Source of the DNA: a candidate division FCPU426 bacterium
GTDB lineage: Bacteria; Oederibacteriota; JAAXVQ01; JAUVAV01
Length of the DNA stretch: 64,000 nt
Direction of reading: 5' to 3'
Assembly: GCA_040756875.1 (NCBI GenBank)
Contig: JBFLYH010000001.1
Coordinates: 352,001 to 416,000, forward strand
Of this stretch, positions 8,660-19,443 are shown in pieces. The position numbers and the translations under genes are program-made. The notes beneath the pieces were generated by a model. It was not told the origin of the DNA and did no database searches. It worked only from the letters and a program-made list of their open reading frames with translations. Positions within the stretch are counted from its first letter, which is position 1. Every line of letters begins with the position of its first letter.

Positions 8660-9937
8660 ATGACCGGGCTGGCGTGGGGAATCCTGGCGGCTTATCTGGC
8701 CTCGGCGCTGACGGGGCACGGCTTGGATTTTCTCAACCGACGGCACGTGCTTCGAACCGCTGGTGATGCGCCGGCCTTGCCGTTCGGGTTGAAAGAACCC
8801 GGACTCTTGCGTAAGACCCAGGCGTATACGGTTGCGAAACAGCGCCTGGCCGGCTTCGGGGCCCTGGCCGAGCAGGCGGCTGTGCTGCTGTTTTTCTACG
8901 GCGGCCTGCTGGGATGGATGGACGGCTGGATCCACTCCTGGCGCCTGCCGTTCATTCCCTCCATGCTGCTGTTTTTTCTGCTGCTGTTCCTCGCGCAAAC
9001 CCTGCTGCAACTGCCCTTGGCTTGGTACCGCCAATTCCGGCTCGAAGCGCGATTCGGATTCAACACCATGTCGACAGGCTTATGGCTGGCCGATGAAGCC
9101 AAGGGGTTGCTTCTGGGCTTCCTGCTATTGTCCGCGATCGTGTGCGCGGGTTCCTGGCTGACGGTCCTTTTTCCGACCATCTGGTGGCTTTGGATCTGGG
9201 GGTTGGGAGTGCTGCTAAGCTGGGTACTGATGATCGCCGGACCGCTCTGGATCGCGCCTTGGTTCAACCGCTTTACGCCGCTTCCGGAAAGCCGTCTGAC
9301 CGACCGCATCAAAACCCTGCTTCTGCAGGCAGGCATTCGCACGGACCGGGTTTTCAGCGTGGACGCTTCGCGCCGCAGCCGTCACACCAACGCCTATTTC
9401 ACGGGCATCGGCAGGGTCAAGCGCATTGTATTGTATGACACCCTGCTTGAAAGCCTCGAGGAACCCGAGGTTCTGGCCGTGCTCGCGCATGAAGCCGGCC
9501 ATTGGAAGCGGCGGCACGCGCTGCAGAGGCTGGGAAGCACCGCCGCGGTGGGACTGGTGGCCGCCTATGCGGCCTATCATGTGACGAGCGGCAACGGCCT
9601 GGCTTTGGCGTTCGGATTGGAAACCGCTTCTTTTGCGGCCCGGCTCGCGCTTGCTGGACTGTTGTTTCAAGTGGCGTTTTTTCCGCTGGAACCCCTGTTC
9701 AACGCCTGGTCTCGCAGGCAGGAACTGGCTGCCGACCGCTTTTCCGCGGCCTTGACCGGAAGCCCGGACAGCCTGGGAAGCGCCCTGGTGAAGCTGCTCA
9801 GGGACAATTTGGCCAACTGGGCGCCGCACCCCTGGTATGCGGCGTTTCATTACTCCCATCCTCCCTTGTTGCAGCGTCTGGCAAAACTTGCGGAAATTAA
9901 AGAAGGGAATGTGCGTCAGGCGGAAAAAAGTGTATAA
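8660..9937 (+). CDS. M48 (Ste24-like) membrane metallopeptidase
   Basis: NAYFTG..KRIVLYDTL, AHEAGH (HExxH) and YSHPP motifs, with multiple TM segments. Confidence 0.92.
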   Translation: MTGLAWGILAAYLASALTGHGLDFLNRRHVLRTAGDAPALPFGLKEPGLLRKTQAYTVAKQRLAGFGALAEQAAVLLFFYGGLLGWMDGWIHSWRLPFIPSMLLFFLLLFLAQTLLQLPLAWYRQFRLEARFGFNTMSTGLWLADEAKGLLLGFLLLSAIVCAGSWLTVLFPTIWWLWIWGLGVLLSWVLMIAGPLWIAPWFNRFTPLPESRLTDRIKTLLLQAGIRTDRVFSVDASRRSRHTNAYFTGIGRVKRIVLYDTLLESLEEPEVLAVLAHEAGHWKRRHALQRLGSTAAVGLVAAYAAYHVTSGNGLALAFGLETASFAARLALAGLLFQVAFFPLEPLFNAWSRRQELAADRFSAALTGSPDSLGSALVKLLRDNLANWAPHPWYAAFHYSHPPLLQRLAKLAEIKEGNVRQAEKSV

Positions 9938-9964
9938 TACGCCGCAATCAACGGAGGAATCAGA

Positions 9965-10459
9965 GTGCCGGAAAACGACCCCATCGTGATCGAACCGCTG
10001 CAGACCGCTTCCCTCGGTGAATTCGCCCGCCTGATCCGGCTGTTTTTCGAAGAAACCAAGCTGGAACCCGAGTTTCACCGCTATGACCAGGATGTCACGG
10101 CACCCCTGACGTACTATGTCCCGCCGCGAAACGGCGCCTGGTTCCTGCGGCCAAAGACCGGGCTTCCGGCTGCCGGACTGGTGGCCTTGCGCAGCCTGGC
10201 CAACCGCACCTGCGAAATCAAGCGTTTGTACGTGTTGCAGGAGGAGCGAGGAAAGGGATACGGCCAGCGGCTGCTTTCCCAAGCGATGAATTTCGCCCGC
10301 CTGGCCGACTACTTTGAAATCCTGCTGTCCGTCCGGCCGGAGCAGAAGATCGCGTTGAAACTTTACGAACAGAACGGGTTCCATCCCTGCGCCCGCTACC
10401 ATCCGGACCGGCGGGCAGGCATTTTTTACTCCTACAAATTTACCGAGGAAGGTCAGTGA
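9965..10459 (+). CDS. GNAT acetyltransferase
   Basis: EIKRLYV..ERGKGYG and ALKLYEQNGF motifs. Confidence 0.88.
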   Translation: MPENDPIVIEPLQTASLGEFARLIRLFFEETKLEPEFHRYDQDVTAPLTYYVPPRNGAWFLRPKTGLPAAGLVALRSLANRTCEIKRLYVLQEERGKGYGQRLLSQAMNFARLADYFEILLSVRPEQKIALKLYEQNGFHPCARYHPDRRAGIFYSYKFTEEGQ

Positions 10460-10570
10460 AGCGCCCCGCGCCGAGGCGCGGGACCTCCGAATGCCACTCG
10501 CGCCCTGAGCATTGATTCCCGCTTCATCTTCGCCCCCGGGGGCGGGACGGTCATCAAGGGGGGCAGGGCC

Positions 10571-11947
10571 CTACCGGAAGAACAGCAAGGTTTGCAGAAT
10601 GAAGATGGGCAGCAAGATGCCGAAGGACCAGAGCATATAGCCGCCGAAGGATGGCATCTTGATATGGGCGTGCTCAGCCATGCTTTTGACCATGAAATTA
10701 GGGCCGTTGCCGATGTACGTCAAAGCACCCATGAACACCGCCCCGCAGGAAATAGCCTCCAGCAAACGAGGAAACTGAAGAGCCAAGGCGCGGAAAGAAT
10801 CCGCCGAAATTCCGGAACTGCTGCAAGCCAGGGTGCTGAAGGTCAAATAAGTGGGGGCGTTGTCCAGGAAAGAACTCAATAAACCACTGGACCAGAAATA
10901 CTGCCAGGGTTGGGTGAGATGGAACTCCGGCGCTTTGGCGGCCAGTACGGCCAAAGCCGGCAACATGGCGCCGAAGATGCCGAAAAAGAGCGCGGCCACT
11001 TCCTGGATGGGATGGAAGTTGAAGTGGTTGCGTTCGTGCAAATGGGCCGGTGTCAGGCGGAAGGAAAACCAGGCGATTCCAGCCAGCATCGCGGCTTGAA
11101 AGATTTTCGTCCAGGCCTCGGCTTGCACCAGCGGCAGCCTGTTTTCGAGCCGGGGTTGCAGGAAATAGCCCGCGAATAAAACCGTCGCCATGATCAATAG
11201 CAGAAACCACAGGTTGCGCTGCCCTTGAATGTGCAGTTTTTTTTCCGCGGCGGCAATCTCGGCCTCCAAATCGCGCTTCATGAATTCATCCTCGCGCCTG
11301 AAGATAATATGATCCATGAAAAAGAAAAGTGACAGCAGGATGATTTGAATGAACAGCCACTCTGGAAACAGGCGCAGGGTCCAGGCGAAGGGCATGCCGC
11401 GGAGGAATCCCAGGTAAAGCGGCGGATCGCCCAGGGGCGTGAGCAAACCCCCGCAATTGCTGACGATGAAGATGAAGAAAATGATCAGATGGACCTTGTG
11501 TTTGCGCAACCGGTTGGCGCGGATCAAAGGGCGGAGCAGCAGCATGCTGGCGCCGGTCGTTCCTAAAAAATTGGCCAGCACGGCGCCTATGGCCAAAAAC
11601 GCAGTATTGATGCGCGGCAAGCCGGCAAAAGCACCGGAAATATAAATGCCGCCGCTGGTCACGTACAAAGCCGCCAACAGGAGGATGAAATCCAGATATT
11701 CCAGATAGTTGATCAGTATGTGGTTCAGGTCCCGGGTAGGAAGATAAAAAAGCAAAACGCCGGCGACTCCGCAGAGGGCGGACACGAGAAGTTTATTGCG
11801 GTTGTTTTCCCACCATTTAGCCACGCCAGGGAAGAGCGGAAAAACCGCGATCATCATCAGCAGCGATGTGAACGGCAAAATGAAAAGCATCACTTCGCCG
11901 AAGGATAACTCAGCCCAAAACGAAGGCGCGCCTGCAACCATCCGCAA
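10571..11947 (-). CDS. Ion-transporter superfamily protein (putative Na+/H+ antiporter or carboxylate transporter); start uncertain
   Basis: GTTGASMLL, SNCGGLLTPLGDPPL, SSFLDNAPTY and TYIGNGPNFMVK motifs. Confidence 0.85.
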   Translation of the reverse strand: MRMVAGAPSFWAELSFGEVMLFILPFTSLLMMIAVFPLFPGVAKWWENNRNKLLVSALCGVAGVLLFYLPTRDLNHILINYLEYLDFILLLAALYVTSGGIYISGAFAGLPRINTAFLAIGAVLANFLGTTGASMLLLRPLIRANRLRKHKVHLIIFFIFIVSNCGGLLTPLGDPPLYLGFLRGMPFAWTLRLFPEWLFIQIILLSLFFFMDHIIFRREDEFMKRDLEAEIAAAEKKLHIQGQRNLWFLLLIMATVLFAGYFLQPRLENRLPLVQAEAWTKIFQAAMLAGIAWFSFRLTPAHLHERNHFNFHPIQEVAALFFGIFGAMLPALAVLAAKAPEFHLTQPWQYFWSSGLLSSFLDNAPTYLTFSTLACSSSGISADSFRALALQFPRLLEAISCGAVFMGALTYIGNGPNFMVKSMAEHAHIKMPSFGGYMLWSFGILLPIFILQTLLFFR

Positions 11948-12165
11948 ACCTGCTTTCCGCGAATCCGGGAAGGTGGAAGTGAGGATCCCGCGTGTGGCAT
12001 TCTAATATATTGAGCGGCGCTCGGCAATGAGAACCGGCGGGGCGGGAAATAACGTGAAGAAGCATATAAAGTGAACCAGGCGCTCCGGGGGAGCGCCTGG
12101 TTCCGGGCATGCTGCATGGGGGTCCAAGCACGCCCGCTTTTCCCGCTAAGGAAAAGACGAGAGGT

Positions 12166-12507
12166 TCAGCCGATGGCCAGGTTGCCGGTTTCGCCCGTGC
12201 GCACGCGGATGCATTGCAAGAGGTCGAGGACAAAAATCTTGCCGTCGCCGATATTGCCGGTGCGCGCGCCCCGGATGATGGCGTCGATCGTCGGCTGCAC
12301 GAAATTCTCATTGACCGCAATTTCAATCTTGGTTTTGGGTAAAAGGTTGATATCCACGATCTGACCCCGGAAGCTCTCGGTGTAGCCTCGCTGTTGTCCG
12401 CACCCTCTGACCTGGGACACGCTCATTTTATGGACTTCCGCGGCGAAAAGTTCCTTTTTAACGGCTTCGAACTGCTCGGGCTGAATGAAGGCCTCGATTT
12501 TTTTCAT
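12166..12507 (-). CDS. glnK: P-II nitrogen regulatory protein (copy 2)
   Basis: [10 protein letters not shown]...[13 protein letters not shown]...IRVRTGE. True start at 12507 with AAGGA RBS. Confidence 0.93.
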   Translation of the reverse strand: MKKIEAFIQPEQFEAVKKELFAAEVHKMSVSQVRGCGQQRGYTESFRGQIVDINLLPKTKIEIAVNENFVQPTIDAIIRGARTGNIGDGKIFVLDLLQCIRVRTGETGNLAIG

Positions 12508-12553
12508 GTGTGTTTCCTTTCTGTTTTCGACCGGTCCGACTGGTCTGGCTGAG

Positions 12554-13867
12554 CTACATGTGGTAGCCGGCTTCTCCATGCTGCGTAAGATCCAGGCCCA
12601 CGACTTCCTCATGGTCCGGAACGCGAATGCCCACCAGGGCGTTGACCAACTTGATGATCACGAACGTGCCGACCAGGGACAGCGCCACGGTCACCACGGC
12701 ACCTAAGGCCTGGATGGCCAGCAGGCCGGGGTTGCCGAAAAACAACCCATTGGCGCCGGAGGGATTCACCGCCGTGCTGGCGAAAAGCCCCGTGGCCAGC
12801 ACGCCCCAGACCCCGGCAACGCCATGCACGCCAAAGGCATCCAGCGTGTCGTCATATCCCAGTTTGTTTTTCAGCTGGATGGCCCAGAAGCACAACGGGG
12901 AGGCCAAGGCGCCGATAAGAATGGCGAAAAGGGGCGAGATGAAGCCCGAAGCCGGCGTGACCGCCGCCAATCCGGCCACGGCACCGGACGCCGCGCCCAA
13001 GGCCGTCGGTTTCCCGCGCAGGTTCCATTCCAACATCAGCCAGACCAGCATGGCCGTTGCGCCCGCGAAGTTGGTGTTCACGAAGGCGGTGATGGCCAGC
13101 CCGTTCGCCGCCAGGGCCGAACCGGCGTTGAACCCGAACCATCCGAACCACAGCAGGGCCGTGCCCAGGAGCACCATGGTCATGTTGTGGGGGAGAATCG
13201 TGCTGCGCGGACCGGTGCGGCGCTTGCCGACGGCCAGGGCCACGACCAGAGCCGAGATGCCGGCTGAAATATGCACCACCGTGCCCCCGGCGAAATCCAG
13301 TACGCCGAGGTTGCGCAGCCAGCCGCCGGTCCCCCAGACCCAATGCGCCAGGGGATCGTAAACCAGGGTGGCCCATAACACGGTAAAGAGCAGGAAGGCG
13401 GAAAATTTGAAGCGCTCGGCGAACGCGCCCGAGATCAGCGCCGGGGTGATGATCGCGAACATCGCCTGAAAAATCATAAAAGCCTGATGCGGGATGGTGG
13501 CGGAATAGGCCGGATCCGGCGTTTGCCCCACGCCTGCCAAACCCAGGAAATTCAGCCCGCCGATCAATCCGTGGTGGTCCGTGCCAAACGCCAGCGAATA
13601 GCCGAACAGGGCCCATTGCACGCTGATCAATCCGATGGCCACGAAGCTCTGCATAATGGTGCCCAGAACGTTTTTCTGGCGCACCATGCCGCCGTAGAAC
13701 AAACCCAAACCCGGCGTCATGAGAAGCACCAGGGCTGCGGACATCATGACGAACGCGGTGTCGCCGGCGGAAAGCGGATTACCTTCCGCCGCGGCGGCCA
13801 GGGATGGCAGCCCCAGGAACAATAAAGCCAAACATGCAAAACCCCACTTCTTGAACCAAACGCGCAT
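12554..13867 (-). CDS. amtB: Ammonium transporter (copy 2)
   Basis: MTPGL.LFYGG, DFAGGTVVH, WFGWFGFNAGS and DDTLDAFGVHG motifs. Confidence 0.96.
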   Translation of the reverse strand: MRVWFKKWGFACLALLFLGLPSLAAAAEGNPLSAGDTAFVMMSAALVLLMTPGLGLFYGGMVRQKNVLGTIMQSFVAIGLISVQWALFGYSLAFGTDHHGLIGGLNFLGLAGVGQTPDPAYSATIPHQAFMIFQAMFAIITPALISGAFAERFKFSAFLLFTVLWATLVYDPLAHWVWGTGGWLRNLGVLDFAGGTVVHISAGISALVVALAVGKRRTGPRSTILPHNMTMVLLGTALLWFGWFGFNAGSALAANGLAITAFVNTNFAGATAMLVWLMLEWNLRGKPTALGAASGAVAGLAAVTPASGFISPLFAILIGALASPLCFWAIQLKNKLGYDDTLDAFGVHGVAGVWGVLATGLFASTAVNPSGANGLFFGNPGLLAIQALGAVVTVALSLVGTFVIIKLVNALVGIRVPDHEEVVGLDLTQHGEAGYHM

Positions 13868-13933
13868 TTTTCACCCCCATGCTTGTGATGATGTTTCCAA
13901 CCTGTCCGCGGCCGCGGATGGTATGGAAACGTG

Positions 13934-14275
13934 TTACCCGATGGCTGCACCTCCGGTTTCACCCGTGCGCACCCGGATGCATTGCGGCAGGTCCAGGACG
14001 AAGATCTTGCCGTCGCCGATGTTGCCGGTGCGCGCGCCCCGGATGATGGCGTCGATCGTCGGCTGGACGAAATTTTCGTTCACTCCGATTTCGATTTTGG
14101 TCTTGGGCAAAAGGTTGATATCCACGATCTGGCCCCGAAAGCTCTCGGTGTAGCCCTTTTGCTGGCCGCATCCCTTGACCTGGGACACGCTCATTTTGTA
14201 GACTTCAGCGGCAAAGAGTTCCTTCTTAACGGCCTCGAACTGCTCGGGCTGAATGAAGGCCTCGATTTTTTTCAT
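13934..14275 (-). CDS. glnK: P-II nitrogen regulatory protein (copy 1)
   Basis: Near-identical to 12166-12507. Confidence 0.93.
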   Translation of the reverse strand: MKKIEAFIQPEQFEAVKKELFAAEVYKMSVSQVKGCGQQKGYTESFRGQIVDINLLPKTKIEIGVNENFVQPTIDAIIRGARTGNIGDGKIFVLDLPQCIRVRTGETGGAAIG

Positions 14276-14332
14276 GTTTGTTTCCTTTCGGTTTTCCACC
14301 GGTCTCCGACTCGTCAGACTGGTCTGACTGAG

Positions 14333-15670
14333 TTACATGTGATAACCGGCTTCTCCATGCTGCGTCAGGTCCAGGCCCACGACTTCCTCGTGATGCTCCA
14401 CCCGGATGCCCATGACCAGGTCCACCAGCTTGACCAGCACGAAAGTGCCGACCATGGAAAACGCCGCGGTCGCCAATACCGCCACGACCTGGATGCCCAG
14501 GAGGGCGGGGTTGCCGTAGAAGAGCCCGTTGGCGCCGGCCGGATTGACGGCCGTGCTGGCGAACAATCCCGTGGCCAGCGCGCCCCAGGTGCCGCCCACG
14601 CCGTGCACGCCGAACGCGTCCAGCGTGTCATCGTAACCGAGCTTGCCTTTCAACTGGATGGCCCCAAAACAGAGGGGCGAAACCAGCAGGCCGATAAAAA
14701 CTGCGTCCATGGGTCCCACGAAACCGGATGCCGGCGTAATGGCCACCAAGCCCGCGACCGCGCCCGACGCCGCGCCAATGGCCGTGGGCTTTCCCCGGAA
14801 AATCCACTCCACCAGCAGCCAGGACAGCATGGCCGCCGCGGCCGCGGTGTTGGTCACGATGAAGGCCGAACCCGCCAGGCCGTTGGCAGCCAAAGCCGAG
14901 CCGGCATTGAAGCCGAACCATCCGAACCAGAGCAAGCCCGCGCCCAGGAGCACAAGGGTGGTGTTATGCGGCAGAATGGTGCTGGTGGGATGCACCTTGC
15001 GCCGGCCGATGATCAAGGCGGCCGTGAGCGCGGCGAATCCCGAGGCGATATGGACGACCGTTCCGCCGGCGAAATCCAAGGCGCCGAGCTTGCGCAGCCA
15101 GCCGCCTACCCCCCACACCCAGTGGGCAATGGGGTCGTAGACAAAAGTGGCCCACAGCAGCACGAAGAGAAGGAAAGCGGAGAATTTGAAGCGTTCGGCG
15201 AAGGCGCCGGTAATCAGGGCCGGAGTGATGATCGCGAACATGGCTTGAAAGATCATGAAGACTTGGTGGGGAATGGTGGCCGCGTAATCAGGGTTCGGCG
15301 TTTGACCCACGCCGTTGAGCCCGGCCCAGGCCAGGGTACCGAAAAGCCCGTGCACATCCGGTCCAAAGGCCAGCGAATATCCGAACAGCACCCATTGCAC
15401 GCTGATCAGGCCCACCACCACGAAGCTCTGCATGATGGTTCCTAAAACATTTTTCTGCCTGACCATGCCGCCGTAGAAAAAGCCCAGTCCGGGAGTCATC
15501 AACATAACCAAGGCCGCGGAAATCATGATGAAGGCTGTATCGCCGGCGCTGATTTCCATTCCATTCGCCGCCGCAGCCACGGACGGCCAGCCCAGGAGGA
15601 GCAGGGTAATGGCGGCCAATCCGTATTTTTTCCAGGCCGGCTGGCTGGAATAACGATGAGGTGAGAACAT
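14333..15670 (-). CDS. amtB: Ammonium transporter (copy 1)
   Basis: Same Amt signature motifs, including both pore histidines. Confidence 0.96.
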   Translation of the reverse strand: MFSPHRYSSQPAWKKYGLAAITLLLLGWPSVAAAANGMEISAGDTAFIMISAALVMLMTPGLGFFYGGMVRQKNVLGTIMQSFVVVGLISVQWVLFGYSLAFGPDVHGLFGTLAWAGLNGVGQTPNPDYAATIPHQVFMIFQAMFAIITPALITGAFAERFKFSAFLLFVLLWATFVYDPIAHWVWGVGGWLRKLGALDFAGGTVVHIASGFAALTAALIIGRRKVHPTSTILPHNTTLVLLGAGLLWFGWFGFNAGSALAANGLAGSAFIVTNTAAAAAMLSWLLVEWIFRGKPTAIGAASGAVAGLVAITPASGFVGPMDAVFIGLLVSPLCFGAIQLKGKLGYDDTLDAFGVHGVGGTWGALATGLFASTAVNPAGANGLFYGNPALLGIQVVAVLATAAFSMVGTFVLVKLVDLVMGIRVEHHEEVVGLDLTQHGEAGYHM

Positions 15671-15720
15671 GAAAGGCACCCCCGTGAAAGATGTGTATGA
15701 AACGTTCTGGCGAAGAAAGA

Positions 15721-15737
15721 TGCAAGGAAAATGCCAA
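15721..15737 (-). promoter_or_regulatory. sigma54 -24/-12 promoter for the amtB-glnK-amtB-glnK operon
   Basis: Minus strand reads TTGGCATTTTCCTTGCA, an exact GG-N10-GC, ~50 bp upstream of amtB. Confidence 0.85.
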
Positions 15738-15810
15738 GACCGAATGGCTTGGATTTATCACGAAAGAACGGTTTCCTTTTTCCGGCAAAATCAACAAAAT
15801 GGTGTTTTTG

Positions 15811-15826
15811 TGTACCCGGAATTACA
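15811..15826. promoter_or_regulatory. NifA-type upstream activator sequence TGT-N10-ACA
   Basis: TGTACCCGGAATTACA, ~75 bp upstream of the -24 element. Confidence 0.6.
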
Positions 15827-15882
15827 ATTATGTGGTATAACCTCATGACTAAGAACAGGTCAGTTTAAAGGCATGGGGGATC

Positions 15883-17421
15883 ATGAACTCGCTCGCTCGC
15901 TTGGAACACATCGAAATTCTGCAGCAAACCGCTGAAATCATGGCGGAAAATTCAGATTTCAACGATATGCTGCGCGCCATTCTCAAACTCCTTTCCGACC
16001 GTCTGAAGCTTGACCGGGGAACCCTGGCGTTGCTGGATGAACGCACGGGATTGATCACGATTTCCGAGGCGCACGGACTGAGCAAGAAAGCCCGGGAGCT
16101 CGGCCGCTATCAAATCGGCGAAGGGATCACCGGGCACGTGGTACAGACCGGCAAAGCAGTGAGCATCCCGGATATCCGCAAGGACAACCGTTTCCTCAAC
16201 CGCACCGGCGCCCGGGCCGATCTCGGCGACCGCCGGATCGCCTTTCTGTGCGTACCCATCAAAATCGGCAGCAAGACCGTAGGCGCGCTCAGCGTGGACA
16301 AGGAAAACCTGCAGGGCCAGGATTTCAAGGATGACCTGACTCTGCTGACATTTATGGCGCCCATGATCGCCCAGGCCATCCGCCTCCAGAAGCGGGTGGA
16401 GAAAGACCGGCAGAGCCTCGAAGCTGAGAACCTGCGCCTGCGGCACGACCTGAAAGAAAAATTTCAGGTGCACAATCTGGTGGGGAAGTCCCGCGCCATG
16501 CAGGAAGTCTACACCCTGATTGAGCAGGTGGCGGAAAGCAACACCACGGTGCTGATCCGCGGTGAAAGCGGGACCGGCAAGGAACTGGTGGCGCACGCCA
16601 TCCATTATCAGAGCCCGCGGGCGGAAAAACCCTTCGTCAAGGTCAACTGCAACGCCTTTCCGGAAACCCTGCTGGAGAGCGAGCTGTTCGGCCACGAGAA
16701 AGGCGCGTTCACGGGCGCGTCGGAACGCAAGATCGGCCGTTTTGAGTGGGCCCAGGGCGGTACGCTGTTTTTGGACGAGATCGGTGATTTCCCCTTGAGC
16801 CTGCAGATCAAGTTTTTACGCGTGCTGCAGACCCGCGAATTCGAGCGCCTGGGAGGCCGGGAAACAATCAAGGTCAACGTGCGGCTGGTGGTCGCCACGA
16901 ACAAGAACCTGGAAGACGCGATCGCCCAGAAGCTTTTCCGGGAGGATTTGTACTACCGGATCAATGTTTTTCCCATTTACCTGCCGCCGCTGCGCGAACG
17001 CAAGGAAGACATCGTTCCCCTGGCGGATTATTTCCTGGAAAAGTACAGCCATGAAAACCATAAACCGATCAGCCGGATTTCCACGCCGGCCATCGATATG
17101 CTGACCAGTTATCACTGGCCGGGAAACGTCCGGGAGCTTGAAAACTGCATTGAGCGGGCGGTGTTGTTGTGCCACGACGGCGTCATCCGTTCCGAGCATC
17201 TTCCGCCCTCCCTGCAAATGGTGGATACCGACCAGACGCCCCAGACCGGGTCTTTCCAGGAAATCATCCAGAACAAGGAGAAGGAACTTCTGCTTGACGC
17301 CCTTAAAAAGAGCCGGGGACAGCAGAAGAAAGCGGCCCTGTTTTTAGGGCTGTCGGAACGGATTTTCAATTATAAAATAAGGAAATATGGGATCCAACCC
17401 CGCTTGTACAAAGCGGTTTAA
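15883..17421 (+). CDS. NifA-like sigma54-dependent activator (GAF-AAA+-HTH)
   Basis: GAF ([14 protein letters not shown]), Walker [30 protein letters not shown] and a C-terminal Fis-type HTH. No receiver domain. Confidence 0.92.
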   Translation: MNSLARLEHIEILQQTAEIMAENSDFNDMLRAILKLLSDRLKLDRGTLALLDERTGLITISEAHGLSKKARELGRYQIGEGITGHVVQTGKAVSIPDIRKDNRFLNRTGARADLGDRRIAFLCVPIKIGSKTVGALSVDKENLQGQDFKDDLTLLTFMAPMIAQAIRLQKRVEKDRQSLEAENLRLRHDLKEKFQVHNLVGKSRAMQEVYTLIEQVAESNTTVLIRGESGTGKELVAHAIHYQSPRAEKPFVKVNCNAFPETLLESELFGHEKGAFTGASERKIGRFEWAQGGTLFLDEIGDFPLSLQIKFLRVLQTREFERLGGRETIKVNVRLVVATNKNLEDAIAQKLFREDLYYRINVFPIYLPPLRERKEDIVPLADYFLEKYSHENHKPISRISTPAIDMLTSYHWPGNVRELENCIERAVLLCHDGVIRSEHLPPSLQMVDTDQTPQTGSFQEIIQNKEKELLLDALKKSRGQQKKAALFLGLSERIFNYKIRKYGIQPRLYKAV

Positions 17422-17457
17422 CAGGCTGATGACTATAGTCGATCGCGTTGCGTGGAA

Positions 17458-17492
17458 TATCCCATGAAAAATAAAAGATTTTTCATGGGATA
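17458..17492. repeat. Perfect 15-bp inverted repeat between the activator gene and glnA
   Basis: tatcccatgaaaaat-aaaag-atttttcatgggata, followed by a second IR aacagggtgc/gcaccctgtt. Confidence 0.7.
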
Positions 17493-17686
17493 ACAGGGTG
17501 CCAGAGGAATATTCATGGTTTTTTAGCACCCTGTTAGGACAAAAAAGTAATTTATAAATCGGAATAAAAACGTTTTTGTAATAGTAATCCTATCTTCATT
17601 TTGTAAAGAAAACGATATTCCAAAAAATCCCCTTAGTATATAGTATCAAACCTGTTTTCGCCTAGAGACAGGGCGCGGGGGCCGAA

Positions 17687-17703
17687 TTGGCATAGACCTT
17701 GCT
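17687..17703 (+). promoter_or_regulatory. sigma54 -24/-12 promoter for glnA
   Basis: TTGGCATAGACCTTGCT, an exact GG-N10-GC, 55 bp upstream of the ATG. Confidence 0.85.
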
Positions 17704-17758
17704 CCCTTATTGTGCGCCGGCAATCTAATCCGGTTAATCAACGTATAGGGGGTCTGCG

Positions 17759-19183
17759 ATGAGTGAGTTTAAGACGGCAAAAGATGTGATCAGTTTTATC
17801 GAGAAGGAGAAAGTCCAGTTTGTGGATTTGCGCTTCATGGACTTTCCGGGGTTATGGCAGCATTGTTCCTATCCGGTCAGCGAATTCGACGAGGGGACGT
17901 TCGAGAAGGGCATGGGATTCGACGGGTCCAGCATCCGCGGCTGGCAGGCGATCAACGAATCCGACATGCTCCTCAAGCCCGTGCCTTCCACCGCTTTTCT
18001 TGATCCCTTCACTGCGGCGAAGACGCTCAACATCATCTGCAATATTTGCGATCCGGTGACCGGCGAGGATTATTCTCGCGATCCGCGTCACGTGGCCCAG
18101 AAAGCGGTCAACTACGTGAAGACCCTGGGTCTGGCGGATACGCTGTATTTCGGGCCGGAAGCCGAGTTCTTCATTTTCGACGACATCCGCTTCGACCAAA
18201 ACGCCCACGAAGGGTATTACCACATCGACTCGATCGAAGGCCGCTGGAACTCGGGACGCTGCGAGAACCCCAATTTGGGATACAAGCCGCGTTACAAAGA
18301 GGGATATTTCCCGGTCCCGCCCACGGACAGCCAGCAGGATCTGCGCAGCGAAATGGTGCTCAACCTGCAGAAGGTCGGCATTCAAATTGAGGCCCACCAC
18401 CATGAAGTGGCCACGGGCGGCCAGGCCGAGATCGACATGCGGTTTTCGCCCCTGGTGGAGATGGCGGATAGCCTGCTCAAGTATAAATACGTGATCAAGA
18501 ATACCGCCCTCCGGTTCGGCAAGACCGTGACCTTCATGCCCAAGCCCCTGTACGGCGACAACGGCAGCGGCATGCACGTGCACTTCTCCCTGTGGAAGGA
18601 CGGCAAGAACCTGTTCGCCGGAGACGGCTACGCCGGCTTGTCGGAAATGGCCATGTACGCCATCGGCGGCATTCTCAAGCACGCGCCGGCCTTGCTGGCC
18701 ATCACCAGCCCGACCACCAACAGCTACAAGCGCCTGGTGCCGGGCTATGAAGCGCCGGTGAACCTGGCCTATTCGCGGCGCAACCGCAGCGCGGCCATCC
18801 GCATTCCCATGTACTCGACTTCGCCCAAAGCCAAGCGCATCGAGTTCCGCTGCCCGGATCCCTCCTGCAACCCCTACCTGGCTTTCGCGGCCATCACCAT
18901 GGCGGCCGTGGACGGCATTCAGAACAAGATCAATCCCGGCGAGCCGCTGGACAAGAACATCTACGACCTGCCGCCGGCCGAGGCTGCGAAAGTGTCCAAG
19001 ACGCCGGGGTCGCTGCGCGACGCCCTGAACGCCTTGTCCAAGGACCACGCCTTCATGCTGAAGGGAGACGTTTTCACGCAAGATGTAATCGACACCTGGG
19101 TAGACTACAAAATGGTCAACGAAGTCCAGGCCCTGGACCTGCGTCCGCACCCCTGGGAGTTCGCACTGTATTATGATATTTAA
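17759..19183 (+). CDS. glnA: Glutamine synthetase type I
   Basis: [36 protein letters not shown] and the adenylylation loop KNIYDLP. Confidence 0.98.
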   Translation: MSEFKTAKDVISFIEKEKVQFVDLRFMDFPGLWQHCSYPVSEFDEGTFEKGMGFDGSSIRGWQAINESDMLLKPVPSTAFLDPFTAAKTLNIICNICDPVTGEDYSRDPRHVAQKAVNYVKTLGLADTLYFGPEAEFFIFDDIRFDQNAHEGYYHIDSIEGRWNSGRCENPNLGYKPRYKEGYFPVPPTDSQQDLRSEMVLNLQKVGIQIEAHHHEVATGGQAEIDMRFSPLVEMADSLLKYKYVIKNTALRFGKTVTFMPKPLYGDNGSGMHVHFSLWKDGKNLFAGDGYAGLSEMAMYAIGGILKHAPALLAITSPTTNSYKRLVPGYEAPVNLAYSRRNRSAAIRIPMYSTSPKAKRIEFRCPDPSCNPYLAFAAITMAAVDGIQNKINPGEPLDKNIYDLPPAEAAKVSKTPGSLRDALNALSKDHAFMLKGDVFTQDVIDTWVDYKMVNEVQALDLRPHPWEFALYYDI

Positions 19184-19315
19184 AAAGCCGCCCACAGCGG
19201 TTTTGTAAAATATGGTCCGCTGGCGGCTTTTTATCCCGGGGAAGTCCCCTTTACCGGGATAAAAAGCAAAGAGAAAGAAAGCCCTCCGGGAGAAATTCCG
19301 GAGGGCTTTTCTTTT
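19181..19315 (+). terminator. Three stacked hairpins after glnA, the last with a T-tail
   Basis: taaaaagccgcc/ggcggcttttta; tttatcccgg/ccgggataaa; aaagccctccgg/ccggagggcttttctttt. Confidence 0.7.
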
Positions 19316-19443
19316 ACTGCAGGGAAACTGGGAGCTGCTTTTTAGTGCCGGCGGAAACGTCCGGGCTGTAAAAGCTCGAAAATCGCCGCCGTCCTTTCTG
19401 GTTTAAGCTTCTTTTGGGTCGGCGACTGTCGTATGATGTGTGC

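Noticed and set aside
10460-10570. GC hairpins between the convergent GNAT and transporter genes as a mobile remnant
   Set aside because: Short, and adequately explained as terminator-like stems.
15883-17421. Calling the activator nifA / inferring nitrogen fixation
   Set aside because: No nif genes in the window, so only family-level similarity is supported.
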